The translations under genes were made by a program, and so were the position numbers. A stretch of 64,000 bases of DNA from Dipteris shenzhenensis. Taxonomy: Eukaryota. The DNA lies in NCBI GenBank assembly GCA_047967505.1, contig CM106538.1; one strand, written 5' to 3'. Positions 63,901 to 64,000 of the stretch are shown one piece after another; the first letter of the stretch is position 1, and each line of letters begins with the position of its first letter. The notes beneath the pieces are model-generated. The model was not told where the DNA came from. It searched no databases and saw nothing but the letters and a program-made list of their open reading frames with translations.

Positions 63901-64000
63901 GACTCTCAAAGTAGCAGATAAATACTTGACAACATTAATGTTATTCTATGGGCTTCAATACCCTCTGCAATTTAGAATCTTTCATTTCATAAGTACTACA

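Overview
This is eukaryotic, repeat-dense land-plant DNA. A large-genome, intron-rich lineage such as a fern or lycophyte is an inference, not proven. The only intact-looking host gene is RAD1 (9-1-1 checkpoint clamp subunit, + strand): six exons lie between 1361 and 26163, the first exon lies upstream of the window, and one intron is 23.2 kb and filled with nested retroelements. The window has three full-length Ty1/copia elements with LTR pairs, tRNA-iMet PBS, PPT and 5-bp TSDs (4892-10843, 11478-18712, 44924-50497). It also has a fourth copia with a truncated 5' LTR (44801-~55600), a gag-only LTR element, a Penelope-like RT fragment with a decayed hammerhead-like motif, and several copia and LINE relics. 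The most unusual part is 34.7-44.3 kb, a decayed multi-gene unit. It holds a spliced Transib/RAG1/Chapaev-like DDE transposase, a divergent histone H3-fold protein that runs on into a spliced Ulp1-type (SUMO/C48) protease domain, two unknown ORFs and repeat arrays. It looks like a cargo-carrying DNA transposon encoding its own histone-protease fusion. A second cargo-like cluster (hAT transposase, RING finger, intronless kinase) lies at 55.6-62.1 kb. All family assignments come from motif recognition by eye; no searches were run.
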